64,000 bases of DNA from Octopus sinensis (lineage: Eukaryota): positions 43,462,001-43,526,000 of the forward strand of contig NC_043006.1 in assembly GCF_006345805.1 (NCBI RefSeq), in the 5' to 3' direction. How positions within the stretch are numbered: the first letter of the stretch is position 1; each line of letters opens with the position of its first letter. Shown here piece after piece: positions 1 to 12,449 of the stretch. The position numbers and the translations under genes were made by a program. The notes under the pieces are model-generated. The model ran no database searches. It saw only the letters and a program-made list of their open reading frames with translations, and was not told where the DNA came from.

Positions 1-225
1 GGTTTCAGTTCTTGTGTTCTTAGGCAAAACACTTCATTTCACTTTGCTTCATGATCACTTTGTCATCTGGCATCTTCCCTATATGGACAATGTCAATTTA
101 ATTGGGGAAGTGGGTTAATGTACAGCGCAAACATTCTGATCACTAATAAACAGATCATCTGTGCAGATAGTTTAGCAAGGAATTGTAGAATGGTCATCCG
201 TCATTTACGACTGGAGAGTTCACCA
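1..225 (+). mobile_element. Degenerate SINE fragment (CORE-like), cut by window edge
   Basis: tgtgttcttaggcaaaacacttcatttcac resembles the SINE core at 19140 and 17230. Confidence 0.45.
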
Positions 226-242
226 TACATATATACATGTAT

Positions 243-635
243 GCCTACATATTCAGGTTTATACCTGTAATTATTGGGGCCCATACATACACAATACACT
301 ACCTAAATACCAATCTTGAGAAATTAGGCTTCTCAAAACCAGAAAGGAGAAAGCTAATTTGAAGATTACAGATCCAGTCCATCACTGGAACTGAAAAATC
401 TATAAAACTTTACAGAAGTTTATCATTTAAATATATATTAGCATGTCTAGATATGCAATTATATACATGAGAATACATACATAAAACAAAACATACAAAT
501 CTGCACATATACATACATACAATCGAAAATACCCTGTTGTTGATGTTGAAATTCCAATGAAGGAGCCTTGGATATAGGTTAAAAACTGGCCCTTTCTCTA
601 TTGGCAAGAAATCTTGAAATAAAACTGAACAATGA
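243..635 (+). mobile_element. 3' end of an RLE-type (R4/Dong-like) non-LTR retrotransposon: ORF C-terminus plus 3' UTR
   Basis: Reads YIFRFIPVIIGA..YLNTNLEKLGFSKPERRKLI*RLQIQSITGT..KTLQKFII* with one stop and one frameshift. Similar to the 6210 fragment. Ends in (CA)n. Confidence 0.7.
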
Positions 636-1444
636 CATACACACACACACACACACACCACACACACACACACACACACCACACACACATATATATATAT
701 ATATATACATATTAATTATAAATATTATTGCAATACAATAGCATTATTTTCCAGCTAAATAAAGCACTGAAAAGTTAGAATTATAAATAGGAAATAGTGG
801 TACAACAAGGCACCAATGTTTGCTGGAAATAGCAGTCAATACTTTTTTCACTGATCTCAGTTCTGTTTATGGTTAGGCATTCAGCCGAATATACTGGCAT
901 TGATGTAGTGGATATTTTAAATTTCATCTTCAGTAAACCTAGCTGAAGGAGATTAACCAGATTTATAATAACAAACATATACTGGCAAGTCTGAAACTTG
1001 ACTCCTAGGTTATCCATTCTGGGTTGTCCATTCGTCCGGTGTTCTTCCCAGAGGTAAAACGAAAATTTTTTACGTTCACCACCCACACACATCTTTGTCT
1101 CTATACATTCAGTGAAGCTTTACATAGCATCATACAGTTATCAACTGCTATTTCCAGCAAATATATAAATTGTTTATATATATGTATATATATGTTTCGT
1201 TTTTGAATTTGGTTTGCAAGATTCTTTATGTGAGTTCGTGTGTTGAAGCATATTCTGTTGTGTCTGGGGACAGTCATTTTTTTTTTTGTGCCGTATAATT
1301 TAACACAGCGGTAAAATTTCCACTTATTTCTTATTTTTATTTTCCTAAAATTTTCATTGCGCTTTGCAACCTTTTCAATATTCTTGACTCTGTCCATAAT
1401 TTACACTGCGTTCCTTTTTGTTTGTTTGTGCACATGTGTGTGGG

Positions 1445-2017
1445 CCAGTGTGTGTGTGTGTGTGTGTGCCTATGCATGCATGCATGTATGTATGTATGCA
1501 TGTGTATATGTATATATGTGTGTATATGCATATGTATATATGTGTGTGTATGCATATGTATATATGTGTGTGTATGCATATGTATATATGTGTGTATGCA
1601 TATGTATATATGTGTGTGTATGCATATGTATATATGTGTGTGTATGCATATGTATATATGTGTGTATGCATATATGTATGTGTGTGCATCTGTATGTATG
1701 TATTCTGCATATTCATGTGCTTGCATGTCCATGTTTGTGTATTTTCTATGTATGTGTGTGTGTAAGCATTTGTTTGTATATGTATGCACCTCTGTCTCCT
1801 TGTGTGTGCATGTCTGTGTGCGTGTTTTGCAACTATGTACCATGTTTGTATGTATGGATGTGCATCTCTATATGTGTGGACCTGTGTCCACACATATATG
1901 TCCTTGTGTGGAGAAAAGTGTGTGTGTATATATGGTCATATGTTTCAGTCTCCATTTGCATATGTGTGCTTGTCTGTTCTTATAACCTATGTACCTATCC
2001 ATCTGTATGTTTATCTG

Positions 2018-2060
<43 letters not shown>
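1445..2060. repeat. Compound (TG/TA) microsatellite with a 22-24 bp minisatellite (tgtatatatgtgtgtgtatgcata) and terminal (TA)n
   Basis: Visible tandem units at ~1505-1675. Source of the low-complexity ORFs 1337-2067. Confidence 0.95.
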
Positions 2061-2062
<2 letters not shown>

Positions 2063-2714
2063 CATAAATACACCCCATTTTAGCAAAGCTGAAAAAAATC
2101 TTCACAAATTGTTACCCAGAGTTTCTTTTGACCATAATTTTTTGACATCAGTTACTCAATCAGATTGAAATGTTTGTTTGTTGTACTGTAAAGACATATA
2201 ACATACATTCATATGATTTAATTATTCAGTAATGTCACAACTGTCTGATGAAGAACCACATGAAACCCTTAGTAAGAGTTTGTGAAGACCCTTTCAGCTT
2301 TAATGAAATAGTATATTACTCCACCTTTGGTATTCTAATACTATTTTTACCTCTGCCTTTGCTAAGGCAGTCGTGTTTGTTTGTCTACGGACAAGATATC
2401 TCTAGAACTGATGGATGGATTCGGATTAAACTTTCAGGGATGTTTGGCCTCGTGACTGGCACGAACTGATTAGATTTTGGGATCAATCTGGTACCAGACA
2501 AGGATTCTGGATTATTTTTACTGTTAATTTACTTAATTTTTGAGAGTAGCCTGTTTCATTTTTAGTATTCTCATTTGTGAGAGCAGTCTAGTTTATTTCA
2601 GATATTCTCATTTTAAAAATCATCTCTGGCTAATTGTTGAGAGGACGTTGGTGTTGCCTTGGCAGAGGTTTGTGCTCTCTGAGTGCTCTTGCTATTATTA
2701 TTATTATTATTATT

Positions 2715-3189
2715 GAGTGAGAGAGCAGTGCATGCCATCAAAGTGACACTGGGGTAAAATATACGAAGCCCAGTATACCCATCATGACTACCCGTCTGAT
2801 AAGGGTACACCAGGCACATGCATCACAACCATATGTGCGCGACATGATGATCTCATATCAAGATAAACAGCACATCACCTTGTAGGTGGGGCCCAGTTAG
2901 AATTTTCTTCTGGTCGAGTAACCCATCTTGCTCAAAAGGTCCCTGAGTAAGGGTTGTTTAAGGATGTTGAACGAAACACCCATGTTTCCAGAGGTGAATT
3001 ATTCAAACCCCAAAGAATTCCTCTCAACACATGGCTATGATACTCCCCCACTACTTCTGCTCGTGATCAGAGATGCACATATCATCAGCCACTAAGGGAC
3101 ATGCTCAACTGGTTAAGGTCAAACAACTGACAAGCAAATCTGTGGTATTGAGCAGAATATTTGCTGTAGCCCATCTTTAATACCAAGAC
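2715..3189 (-). mobile_element. ~475 bp retroposon-like element embedded in a (TTA/TAA)n microsatellite
   Basis: Flanked on both sides by ttattattatt (2696-2714 and 3190-3200). Body is more GC-rich than its surroundings. Confidence 0.55.
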
Positions 3190-4194
3190 TTATTATTATT
3201 AGAACTTTCCTTCACTGGTTTTCTCAGGATTATAAGACTGAAATTATTTAACATCAAGATTAAAAAATCATTTATGTATGGAATAAACCAGGCCCTTTGA
3301 GAGTAATTGTAGCAATGAATACAAAAATTTCTTTTATGGCCCCTTTCTTTTCTATGAAAGCTAATCTTCAATATATGCAAGCCATTTCTGAACCTTGAAA
3401 ATTCTTTCTCTGTCCATCCTGCCCCTTTCTCATAAGCCTTGGAATCAAGTCAATTACATGCTCTACAGTATATTACATAATTTTCTGCAATTTTATATAT
3501 ATATATATTTTTTTTTCCTTTTTAGTATCATTTCTACTGAAGTTTTCTCGACTCACTACTGATATTATTATATTTCTCTTGAGAATCTTCTTTCATTTCC
3601 TGTCGTAACCTTTCAACCTCAGTTCTCGTAATTAAACATTAATTCAACTAAAACTTCGACTATCACCTTTGCACTGGCATCACAAGGAATCGCCAAACAT
3701 TTATTACATCTGTAACCCTTGACATGATCTCAACACAACCTTCACTGCCAAGCATTCAACAATATCACATTACTCAAAGTAAAACAAAACCAAACTAAAC
3801 CAAAAAAAAAAACATATATCTATGTACACAATTCCCAGCATCAATTTCTGTTAAAGATGACCAAGCTTTTACCAGGAATGGTTAGCTTGGTCAGATTCTT
3901 GCACATTAATAAGAATAAAGAAGCAATAATTTGACTGATTTTGTGGAAATGGCTGATGAAAGGCCAACTTATTCTCAATTTTCATGCCATATTATCAGAG
4001 AGCTAACAATAAAACATTGGTATTTATAAAGATCCAATTGGAAAATAACCAAATTCTGTCTGAAGAAATAGCAGTGTTAATGTTATTCTGGAGAAAAATA
4101 ATACATTTTCAACCTGATAACAGTGTACACTTATTCGGAAAATGGTGACAATAACTTCAAGCCCAAGTGATGGCTGAAATATTATAATTTTTAT

Positions 4195-4725
4195 TCTTTT
4201 ATTTGTTTCAGTCATGCTGTAGCACTGCCTTTAGTTGAACAAATCTATCCCAGGACTTATTCTTTGTAAGCCTAGTACTTATTCTATCAGTCTGTTTTGC
4301 CGAACCGCTAAGTTACGGGGACTTAAACACACCAACATCAGTTGTCAAGCAATGGTGTGGGGGCAAACACAGAGACACAAATGCACACACACACACACAC
4401 ACACATATGACAGGCTTCTTTCAGTTTCCGTCTACCAAGTCCGCTCACAAGACTTTGGTTGGCCTAAGGCTATAGTAGAAGACACTTGCCCAAGGTGCCA
4501 AGTAGTGGGACTGAACCTAGAACCATGTGGTTGGCAAGCAAGCTATTTTATTTTTAAAATTTTGCCATAAAGGTACGATACAAAGTAGCTTGCGGGCTGG
4601 ACAAAGACATTGATGAAGTGAATGAGGATAAGGATGATATTAATGGGAGAAGACAAAAAACGCCCACCGATCCTTTACTTCTCTAAGTAAGTAAGCAAGC
4701 TACTTACCACACAGCCACTCCTGCC
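4195..4725 (-). mobile_element. tRNA-head SINE family A (CORE-like, central microsatellite), interrupted
   Basis: Same sequence as copies at 17895, 20335, 39055 and 62655 (aggagtggctgtgtggtaag... on minus; ggcaccttgggcaagtgtcttctactatagcc core). Confidence 0.85.
4546..4692 (-). mobile_element. 5'-truncated retroposon 3' end inserted in SINE A with a 10-bp TSD
   Basis: aagcaagcta at 4536-4545 and 4693-4702. A-rich end on the minus strand. Confidence 0.6.
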
Positions 4726-5044
4726 CCAATATCTTTTATTTTTTACTTGTTTTAGTCTTAGAGACCCTAACCATGCCAGAGCACCATCTTAATGAATTAT
4801 TTTTTTTAGTCAAACTAATCAACCCCAGTATTTATTGTTTTAAGTCTGGTGCTAATTCTATCTTCCCCTTTTACTGAACTGCTAAGTCATGGGGATGTAA
4901 ACACACCAACAGTTATCAAGCAGTGGTGGGGGACAAACAAAGGCACAATAGCACAACATACACACACACACACACACATACATACATGACACACACACAT
5001 ACATGCCTACATATTTAACCAAATGGTCACCACTTTTAGTTGTC

Positions 5045-5392
5045 CATAAGCATGTCTGGCAATTGAGCATGCTGAGACCCCCTTTGGTCATGACTGACCA
5101 TGGGATTGCACCTAGAAAGTTACCCTCACAGGCACAAGTCCAGGCAAAGTTGTTTATGGAAGACCAGCAGTCGCCCATGCATACCAGCCTCCTCTCTTCA
5201 CATCACCGATGTTATCCAGCTTAGCACCTGTGACATTGCAACTCATTTCTACAGCTGAGTAAACTGGAGCAACATGAAATAAAGTGTTTTGCTCAAGAAC
5301 ACAACACACAGCCCAGTCCGGGATTGAAACTCGCAATCTCATGATCATAAGCTCAACACTCTAACCACTGAGCCATGTGCCTTCACAACTGA
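5045..5392 (-). mobile_element. SINE family B (tRNA head, CORE-like box)
   Basis: Reverse complement of the copies at 14625 and 22564. Confidence 0.8.
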
Positions 5393-5479
5393 GCATGCAA
5401 CGCTTGGCTAAATTAAATCTTCTTCCAGTACAGACGGTTGGTTGGTTGGTTGGTTGGTTGGTTGGTCCAAAAGGAAACA

Positions 5480-5830
5480 TGGGGGTGATGGTGGCGCTAG
5501 TAGTGTGCACAAGAATGCCTCCAAGAAGATGACATTGTGTTTTCAGTCTGCTAGCTCATTGAGAGAACTTGCAGAGCAGCCAGCGTTGATGTGAGTGAAA
5601 GAACTATGTGCCGAGAGAGTTCTAAAGTGAAGGAAGGAAAACTCTCTTGTGAGAAATGGCAACTGTCATGGTTTATACAAATGCGAAACCAGAAGCAGAT
5701 CGAAACATTCCATTCTGATCAATCACAGAGAACGACGAAAAAGATGCAACCACACAAAGTCGACTGAGCCAACTTTGAGATGGAGAAATGTATATTTGCA
5801 TGTAAGCCAATGTCAGACACAGTGGAGCTG
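5480..5830 (+). mobile_element. Possible highly decayed Tc1-like transposase fragment
   Basis: Fragments LRELAEQ/VDVSERTMCR and NHRERRKR..WRNV resemble Tc1 motifs. Many frameshifts. Confidence 0.3.
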
Positions 5831-6170
5831 CTACGCTTACATAACTGGTACTCAGTCAGTTGCGATGACAAGGGTTCCAGTTGACCGGATCAACGAAACA
5901 GCCTGTTCATGAGATTAACATGCAAGTGGCTGAGTACTCCACAGGCACACGTACCCTTAACATTGTTGTCAGAGAGATTCAGTGTGACACACAATGTGAC
6001 AAGACTGGCCCTTTGAAATACAGGTGCTTGTCACTTTGCCTGCTGAGTGGACTGGAGCAACATGAAATAAAGTGTGTGCTCAAGGTGACAATGTGCTGCT
6101 AGGAATCATACTCACGACCTTGTGATTGTGGGCCAAATACTCTAACCACAAAGCTATGTGCCTTCACACA
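5830..6170 (-). mobile_element. SINE family C (CORE-like)
   Basis: Reverse complement of the copy at 18535-18850. Confidence 0.75.
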
Positions 6171-6209
6171 TACATACATACGTACACACACACACACACA
6201 CACACACAC

Positions 6210-6598
6210 TTAGATAATGCCTCTGTTATGAAATACATTCATAAACACCAACTCAAGGAATACTGGTGGAATATCCCCACCAAAACGTCTGTTAAATGTA
6301 AACATAACTGGCTGGGTATTGTTGTTTGGGACAGAGGGGCAAAAGTGTGTGCCATCATAGAGGTCAGCTGCCCTGCAGGTATAAATATCTCTTTGAAAAT
6401 CAAAGAAAAAGGGGATATCTATAGACAACTGCTTCGAAACCTCCAGCTTCTATATCCAGACTATGAATTCATATTCATACCAATAATAATTGGAGCACTA
6501 GGTTTTGTTAGTAAATGCTTAAAGGAGAATCTGGATAAACTGGGATATTCAGAAAGTGAAATCGACCAGCTAATTCATACATTACAAGTGCAATCTGT
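6210..6598 (+). mobile_element. Restriction-like endonuclease domain fragment of an R4/Dong-like non-LTR retrotransposon
   Basis: KEYWWNIPTKTSVKCKHNWLGIVVWDRGAKVCAIIEVSCP...KEKGDIY...IPIIIGALG matches the HN(RPD)IVV..IIDV..P..KE.K.Y..PIVIGALG pattern. Truncated at ~6600 by an antisense RTE tail. Confidence 0.85.
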
Positions 6599-8199
6599 AA
6601 GTTTAACGTCCGTTCTCCATGCTAGCATGGGTTGGACCATGTGGAACAGTAAAAATATACAAGACTTTTCTCAAGTTCCAAATGTGAATTTGTCTGAGTT
6701 AACTACATCCCAAAGATGGAGCCTTGTATCTTTGTTGGAAATTGGCTCCCTCCTCAGTGGAAGATTTATAATAATTAAAAAATAGAAGAGACATACGTAC
6801 ATAATGAACTTCCACAGTTTCTATTTATCAGATTGACTCACAAGGCATTGCTCTGAATGGAGGTTATATTATAGGTGATACTTACCCACGGTGCTTGCAC
6901 AGTGAGATTGAACTTAAGACCACATGGTTGCAAAGCAAGCTGCTTAACCACACAACCATACCAGAAGGATTTATTAAAATGACTATGTCGTTATTTAACC
7001 AGCATTTAGAATATTAAATAACATAGAATTTTTATGGAAGATTTTAATTTAGATTGCTTTAAAACAGAGAATTTGTATCGTAGGACTAGGGACAGTTTCA
7101 GGCAAGTTGATATTAAAAGAGATAAATCTCTTTCCTCAACTTTCTAATTTCAGATCATTCTAGGAACAGTTTTGCCTTTAATTCCTCTAGTCTTGATAAA
7201 ATAAATACACATCAATATATATTGGTGCTTAGTTCAATATAACTTGCCCTGTAAAAATGGTTATGCTTAGCCAATGATAAATTATAGGATTTGGAAAACA
7301 GCTTACAATAATTTCTCTCAGCTTTTCTAACCATCAGCTGTTGTTTGACTATTACTTGTTGCATTGAAGATATTTATTAAACTGACCCCACCACCACCAC
7401 CACCTTCTCCCTCTCTCTCTCCTCTCTCTCTCTCACTAATTTCTATGCATGCAACTTATTTTAGCTCTTTTATTCTTCCCAAACCAACACTGCTAGCAAG
7501 GAGGCTGAACCATTTGTCCTTCTAAACAGTCTACAAAGAGAATGAATATTGATTTGGGTAAAATTGTTGTCCTCAACACTCTCAGAGAAAATAGCATGTA
7601 CTCAAAATAGTATGAAGTCCTAATGCCTTCTGACATTCTAAGCAGCATCTGCTTAAAATGTGGAAGACACTCGCAAATGTCATTGTCGATATTAGTCCAA
7701 ATGAAGCATGACAATATTAATTTCTATATAGATCTGATGCTTGGATGCTGCAAACAATGGATTATATCAAAAATCTCATGACCATGCTTTAACCCTTAAT
7801 GTAATGATTAAATTTTTGCTGGTGATGTAATATTCAAATATATGCAAATCAGTTCTCACAAACTCTTTATATAAGCCAAGATTGCCTGCCCCCTGCTTGG
7901 CACAGCTGCGCCAACAGTGGGGCCATTTCCTACAAACAGAACAGGACTGCAGGGATACAAAGAAAATGTGAACCATGCAAGTTCAGAGTGAATTCTTTGC
8001 CTTCAGTCCCAACAGATCACCAGTGCCCAACCTATGGCAGATCCTTCTGAGCATGCATCAGACTGATTGGCCACAGCCAGACAGCCCATGCCACTGCTTC
8101 TTCTCCCATGTGATAACCTTGGTCATCATCAACAATGATGGACAAACTAATAATAATAATAATAATACTGGCCTGTAAAAATAGTGTGCTGATTACATA

Positions 8200-8720
8200 A
8201 TATGAAATGTGGAGAAACCCAGAAAGTACCTCAGTATCAAAAACAAGTTAGCTCAGTTCACACATATGAAACCAAGTATATTCAATTCCTACACAGTAAA
8301 GGTTTTAGGCAAAATAGAGAGTTTGTGGCCAGAGGAAATATCACAATAAATGTATCCATTAGAAGAATGGAATGGTATTTACTGGAATGACAATGAAGAT
8401 TACAAAGTCCACTGGTTTAGAGACAGCATGGGCAGGTTTAGAGAGGGCGCGAGCCAAAACTATGTGCCCTTTGCCCTCCATTGGTCAGTTGTAGTTTAGA
8501 CAGTGTTACATGACAGTTAGTTGGTGCTGGCTGTTGGAGCCTACTAATGTGTATTTCAGGGGAAATTTGGCAGGATGGACATTTGTTGATGCTGTATCAA
8601 AGAAAGCAAAGAACAAAAGGAAAAAGGGAGAAAGAAATAATGCAGTCAACACCAGAGCTGAAGACACTTCCAAAAGAGGGGGCCTCACTACGTCGAAAAT
8701 GCTAGAGGAGTAGGGGCTGA
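8200..8720 (+). mobile_element. Probable decayed L1/Tx1-like ORF1 remnant
   Basis: TVKVLGKIESLWPEEISQ*MYPLEEW.GIYW and a basic WTFVDAVSKKAKNKRKK tract. In-frame stops. Confidence 0.3.
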
Positions 8721-9169
8721 AACTGGACATGGTTCCTCTTGATGATGTCTTTAACCACTGGAGCTGTTGAGGTAGTGAACCAAGAAACATGGTTGGAATT
8801 CCTTAATCAGTTGCTTTCTGATCAGATTCAAGGGCATAAATATGAAATGCATGTCTACATGTGACTGAATCTGTTGCCACATGGAAAGTTTCCCCTGATA
8901 TGTTTAATGACTGTTGTTTACTAATAGATATACTTGATACAGCGAATCACTCTTGGTCTGGACTTCAAGGCATATATCAGAGGTTTATGGTCTGTGTGAA
9001 TCAGAGGTTCCTAACCTGAATCCATATGACCCCTGGAGAGGTCATACAAGAAAAATAGTAAACTGGTGGGGGGGGGGGCACAGCAGTATTTTAAGGGTCC
9101 ATGAAAAGTTTTGATTTAAATGTATTTAAGAAATAGCTATGCTTCCTTCTCTAATATTATACATAGATG

Positions 9170-9395
9170 AAAGGCAGCAAGCTGGCAGAGTCGTTAACAT
9201 GCCAGACAAAATGCTTAGCAGCATTTCATCTGTTTTTATGTTCTGAGTTCAAATTCTATCCAAGCCGACTTTACCTTCCTTTCAGGGTCAGTAAAACAAG
9301 GACCAGTTGAGAACTGGGGCTGATGTAATCGACTTAATCCCCCAACCCCATCCGGAAATTGCTGGCTTTGTGCCAACATTTGAAACCAATATTAT
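9170..9395 (+). mobile_element. SINE family D (cctttcatcctttcggggtcgataaa-type core, possibly Meta-domain-like)
   Basis: Related to copies at 36140-36790 and 46865-47040. Confidence 0.7.
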
Positions 9396-9510
9396 ACATT
9401 GGTCAACCTATACAAGTGAATGAGTGAATAACAAAATAGGAATTGTGAAAGAAGTAGATTTTAAACATTGAATGGCTATGGGGGTCCACCAGAATGAAAT
9501 AGTAATCAAA

Positions 9511-11165
9511 GGCACAGGCATGGCTGTGTAGTAAGAAGCTTGCTTCCCAACCACATAGTTCCGAGTTCAGTCCCACTGCATGGCACCTTGGGCAAGTGTC
9601 TTCTACTATGGCCTCGGGTTGACCAAAGCCTTGTGAGTGGCTTTGGTAGACGGAAACTGAAAGAAGCCTGTTGTGTACCTTCCGAAGACCCGGCAAGACT
9701 AGTCAGTCCACCTGTGCATACCTTCCTTCTTGTGACACTTGTGAAGACCTGTTGAGGCAAGTGAAAATCAAATCAAATCAAATCAAAATAGATGAACATC
9801 AATGGAATTTGTATCTTTGTGGTACCAGTGCCTGTGGCACACAAGAAATCCATCCGAACGTGGCCGTAGTCAGTACCGCATCGACTGGCCATCGTGCTGT
9901 GGGCACATAACAAACACCATCCGATCGTGGCCGTTTGCCAGCCTCATCTAGCACCTGTGTCGGTGGCACATAAAAACACCATCCGAAGACCCGGCAAGAC
10001 TAGTCAGGCCATATCCCATGGCCCCTACCTGGGACGTAGTCAGTCCACCTGTGCATACCTTCCTCCTTGTGATACTTGTGAAGGCCTGTTGAGGCAAGTG
10101 AAAATCAAAATGAAATCAAAACAAATCAAATCAAAATAGATGAACATTAATGGAATTGTATCTTTGTGGTACCAGTGCCGGTGGCACACAAGAAAACCAT
10201 CCGAACGTCGCCGTAGCCAGTACCGCACCGACTGGCCTCCGTGCTGTGGGCACGTAACAAACACCATCCGATCGTGGCCGTTCGCCAGCCTCATCTGGCA
10301 CCTGTGTCGGTGGCACATAAAAACACCATCCGAAGACCCGGCAAGACTAGTCAGGCCATAACCTGTGGCCCCTACCTGGGACGTAGTCAGTCCACCTGTG
10401 CATACCTTCCTTCTTGTGACACTTGTGAAGACCTGTTGAGGCAAGTGAAAATCAAATCAAAACAAATCAAAATAGATGAACATCAATGGAATTTGTATCT
10501 TTGTGGTACCAGTGCCGGTGGCACGTGGCACACAAGAAAACCATCCAAACGTGGCCGTAGCCAGTACCGCATCGACTGGCCTCCGTGCTGTGGGCACGTA
10601 ACAAACACCATCCGATCGTGGCCGTTTGCCAGCCTCATCTGGCACCTGTGTCGGTGGCACATAAAAACACCATCCGAGCGTGGCCGTCTGCCAGCCTCGT
10701 CTGGCACCTGTGTCGGTGGCACATAAAAAAACACCATCCGAGCGTGGCCGTTTGCCAGCCTCGTCTGGCACCTGTGTCGGTGGCACATAAAATCACCCAC
10801 TACACTCTCAGAGTGGTTGGCGTTAGGAAGGGCATCCAGCTGTAGAAACACTGCCAGATCTGACTGGACTGGTGCAGCTTTCGGGCTCCCCAGACCCCAG
10901 TTGAACCGTCCAACCCATGCTAGCATGGAAAGCGGACGTTAAATGATGATGATGATGATGTTTGTGCCTGTTTGTCACCCCCACCACCGATTGACAACCA
11001 ATGTTGGTGTTTACATCCCTGTTACTTAGCAGTTCGACAAAAGAGACCAATAGTATAAGTACCAGGCTTACAAAGAATAAGTCCAGGTGTTGATTTCTTT
11101 GACTAAAAGGCAGTGCTCCAGCATATCCACAGTCAAAATGACTGAAACAAATAAAAGAATAAAGG
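9511..11165 (+). mobile_element. SINE A split in two (9511-9677 and ~10962-11165) by an insertion at its central microsatellite
   Basis: The 5' and 3' halves match intact SINE A copies. Confidence 0.8.
9682..10960 (+). repeat. Tandemly amplified RTE LINE 3' UTR: three ~300-350 bp units plus ~62 bp subunits, ending in gttaaatgatgatgat
   Basis: ccgaagacccggcaagactagtcag starts at 9682, 9983 and 10330. Tail matches the RTE 3' UTR at 35371-35863. Confidence 0.9.
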
Positions 11166-11239
11166 GGTTTGTAGATAAAAAAAAAAGGGTTGAGAACCAC
11201 TGGTGTAAATAGTGGAGGTGCATTGTCCACATTTAGATG

Positions 11240-11500
11240 GCATCATCCACATTCGGATAGTGCTTTTTACATGCTACTGGCACAGGAGCCAGTTAGAGCA
11301 GGGTGGGGGAAGCTGGCATCGACCGTGTTCGGATGGTGCTTTTTATGTGTCACCAACACAGGGAGCCAGTCAGGCGGATCAGGCAACAACCCATTCATGA
11401 ATCGTTCTTATTGCGTGCCACCAGCATGAGTGCCAGTCAGGAGGCACTGGCATTGGCCACAACTACAATTTCCATTTGATTTTGATTTTACTTGGCTCAA
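11240..11500 (-). mobile_element. RTE 3' UTR internal fragment
   Basis: Same-orientation similarity to 35560-35730 (cggatggtgcttttt, cacaactacaatttccatttgatttt). Confidence 0.65.
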
Positions 11501-11898
11501 GCACGCAATGTCGCCTGATGATTCAAGTGAACAGGATAATTCCCTTCAATGGTATTAGGCTAATAATCCCTGTGTCTGTTCCTGAAAATGTCAGTGAGCA
11601 TTTGTACAGCCCCAGTAGAGTTAAGAACGAATAGCATCAGAAGTTAGTAATGCCAATAAACATCTCAACACATAGAAGAAATTCTTGAATGACTTTAATT
11701 TTCTCATCAGTGGATGAATACTTTCTTGGATCAAAGAATATCTGCAACATTGTCCCAAACAGGCACTTAAATTAGTGAATATGCTGTACCCAAACAGTTG
11801 ATCAAAGGATCATCAAAGATTTCAGCATAAGAAATGCCACTTGGTTTTAAGTATATACAACAGAGACCACAAAATGCCAAGTGCTTTGGATTTTCTTG

Positions 11899-11983
<85 letters not shown>

Positions 11984-12322
11984 GTTGGTGACCAGTTGTT
12001 ACTGGAATGACAAATTATGTCAATCTTAAGTGTATGAATTATTATCTATTTCGCAATGTTCAAACTGAACAAGGTGTCAAGGATGAAGTAACTATGCATG
12101 TTATTCCATTGTTACTGCATTCTAGTCATTCAATGCAATGCCTGGGTTATTCATGAAGAAAGGTGTCGTTCTGTCATGACATTGGTTTCAATGTAAAAGG
12201 GCCAACTGAAGTTGTGTGTGAATCGATTCCTTTTAAAGTAAGGCTGAACGTGGAGTCAGTCAATAAAGTGATGGCACTCAATATTCATCAACAAACTAAA
12301 TTATTCAAGAAAATTATCTCTA

Positions 12323-12363
12323 ACTAGCATTATGACCCGTCGTTGCCGGGTCATAGTGCTAGT
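12323..12363. repeat. 17-bp-stem palindrome ACTAG...CTAGT, resembling fused Helitron-type termini
   Basis: actagcattatgacccg-tcgttgc-cgggtcatagtgctagt, one G.T mismatch. Confidence 0.7.
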
Positions 12364-12449
12364 GCATGTATATATGTGTATATATATATGTACCTATTAC
12401 ATGTACATCTATATATATATATACATCTACACATAAAATACAAAATTCA

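Noticed and set aside
1337-2067. Long ORFs rich in C/V/Y/M or H/T/I/Y (also 23631-24714, 26645-27124, 28589-30588, 32915-33481, 44101-44503)
   Set aside because: These are translations of TA/TG/CA microsatellites, open in several frames on both strands.
6126-6785. 219-aa ORF as a host gene
   Set aside because: It is a chimera of a SINE end, (CA)n, an RLE LINE fragment and an antisense RTE tail.
9682-10800. CRISPR-like array
   Set aside because: Whole units repeat with no unique spacers, the sequence derives from a LINE UTR, and the context is eukaryotic.
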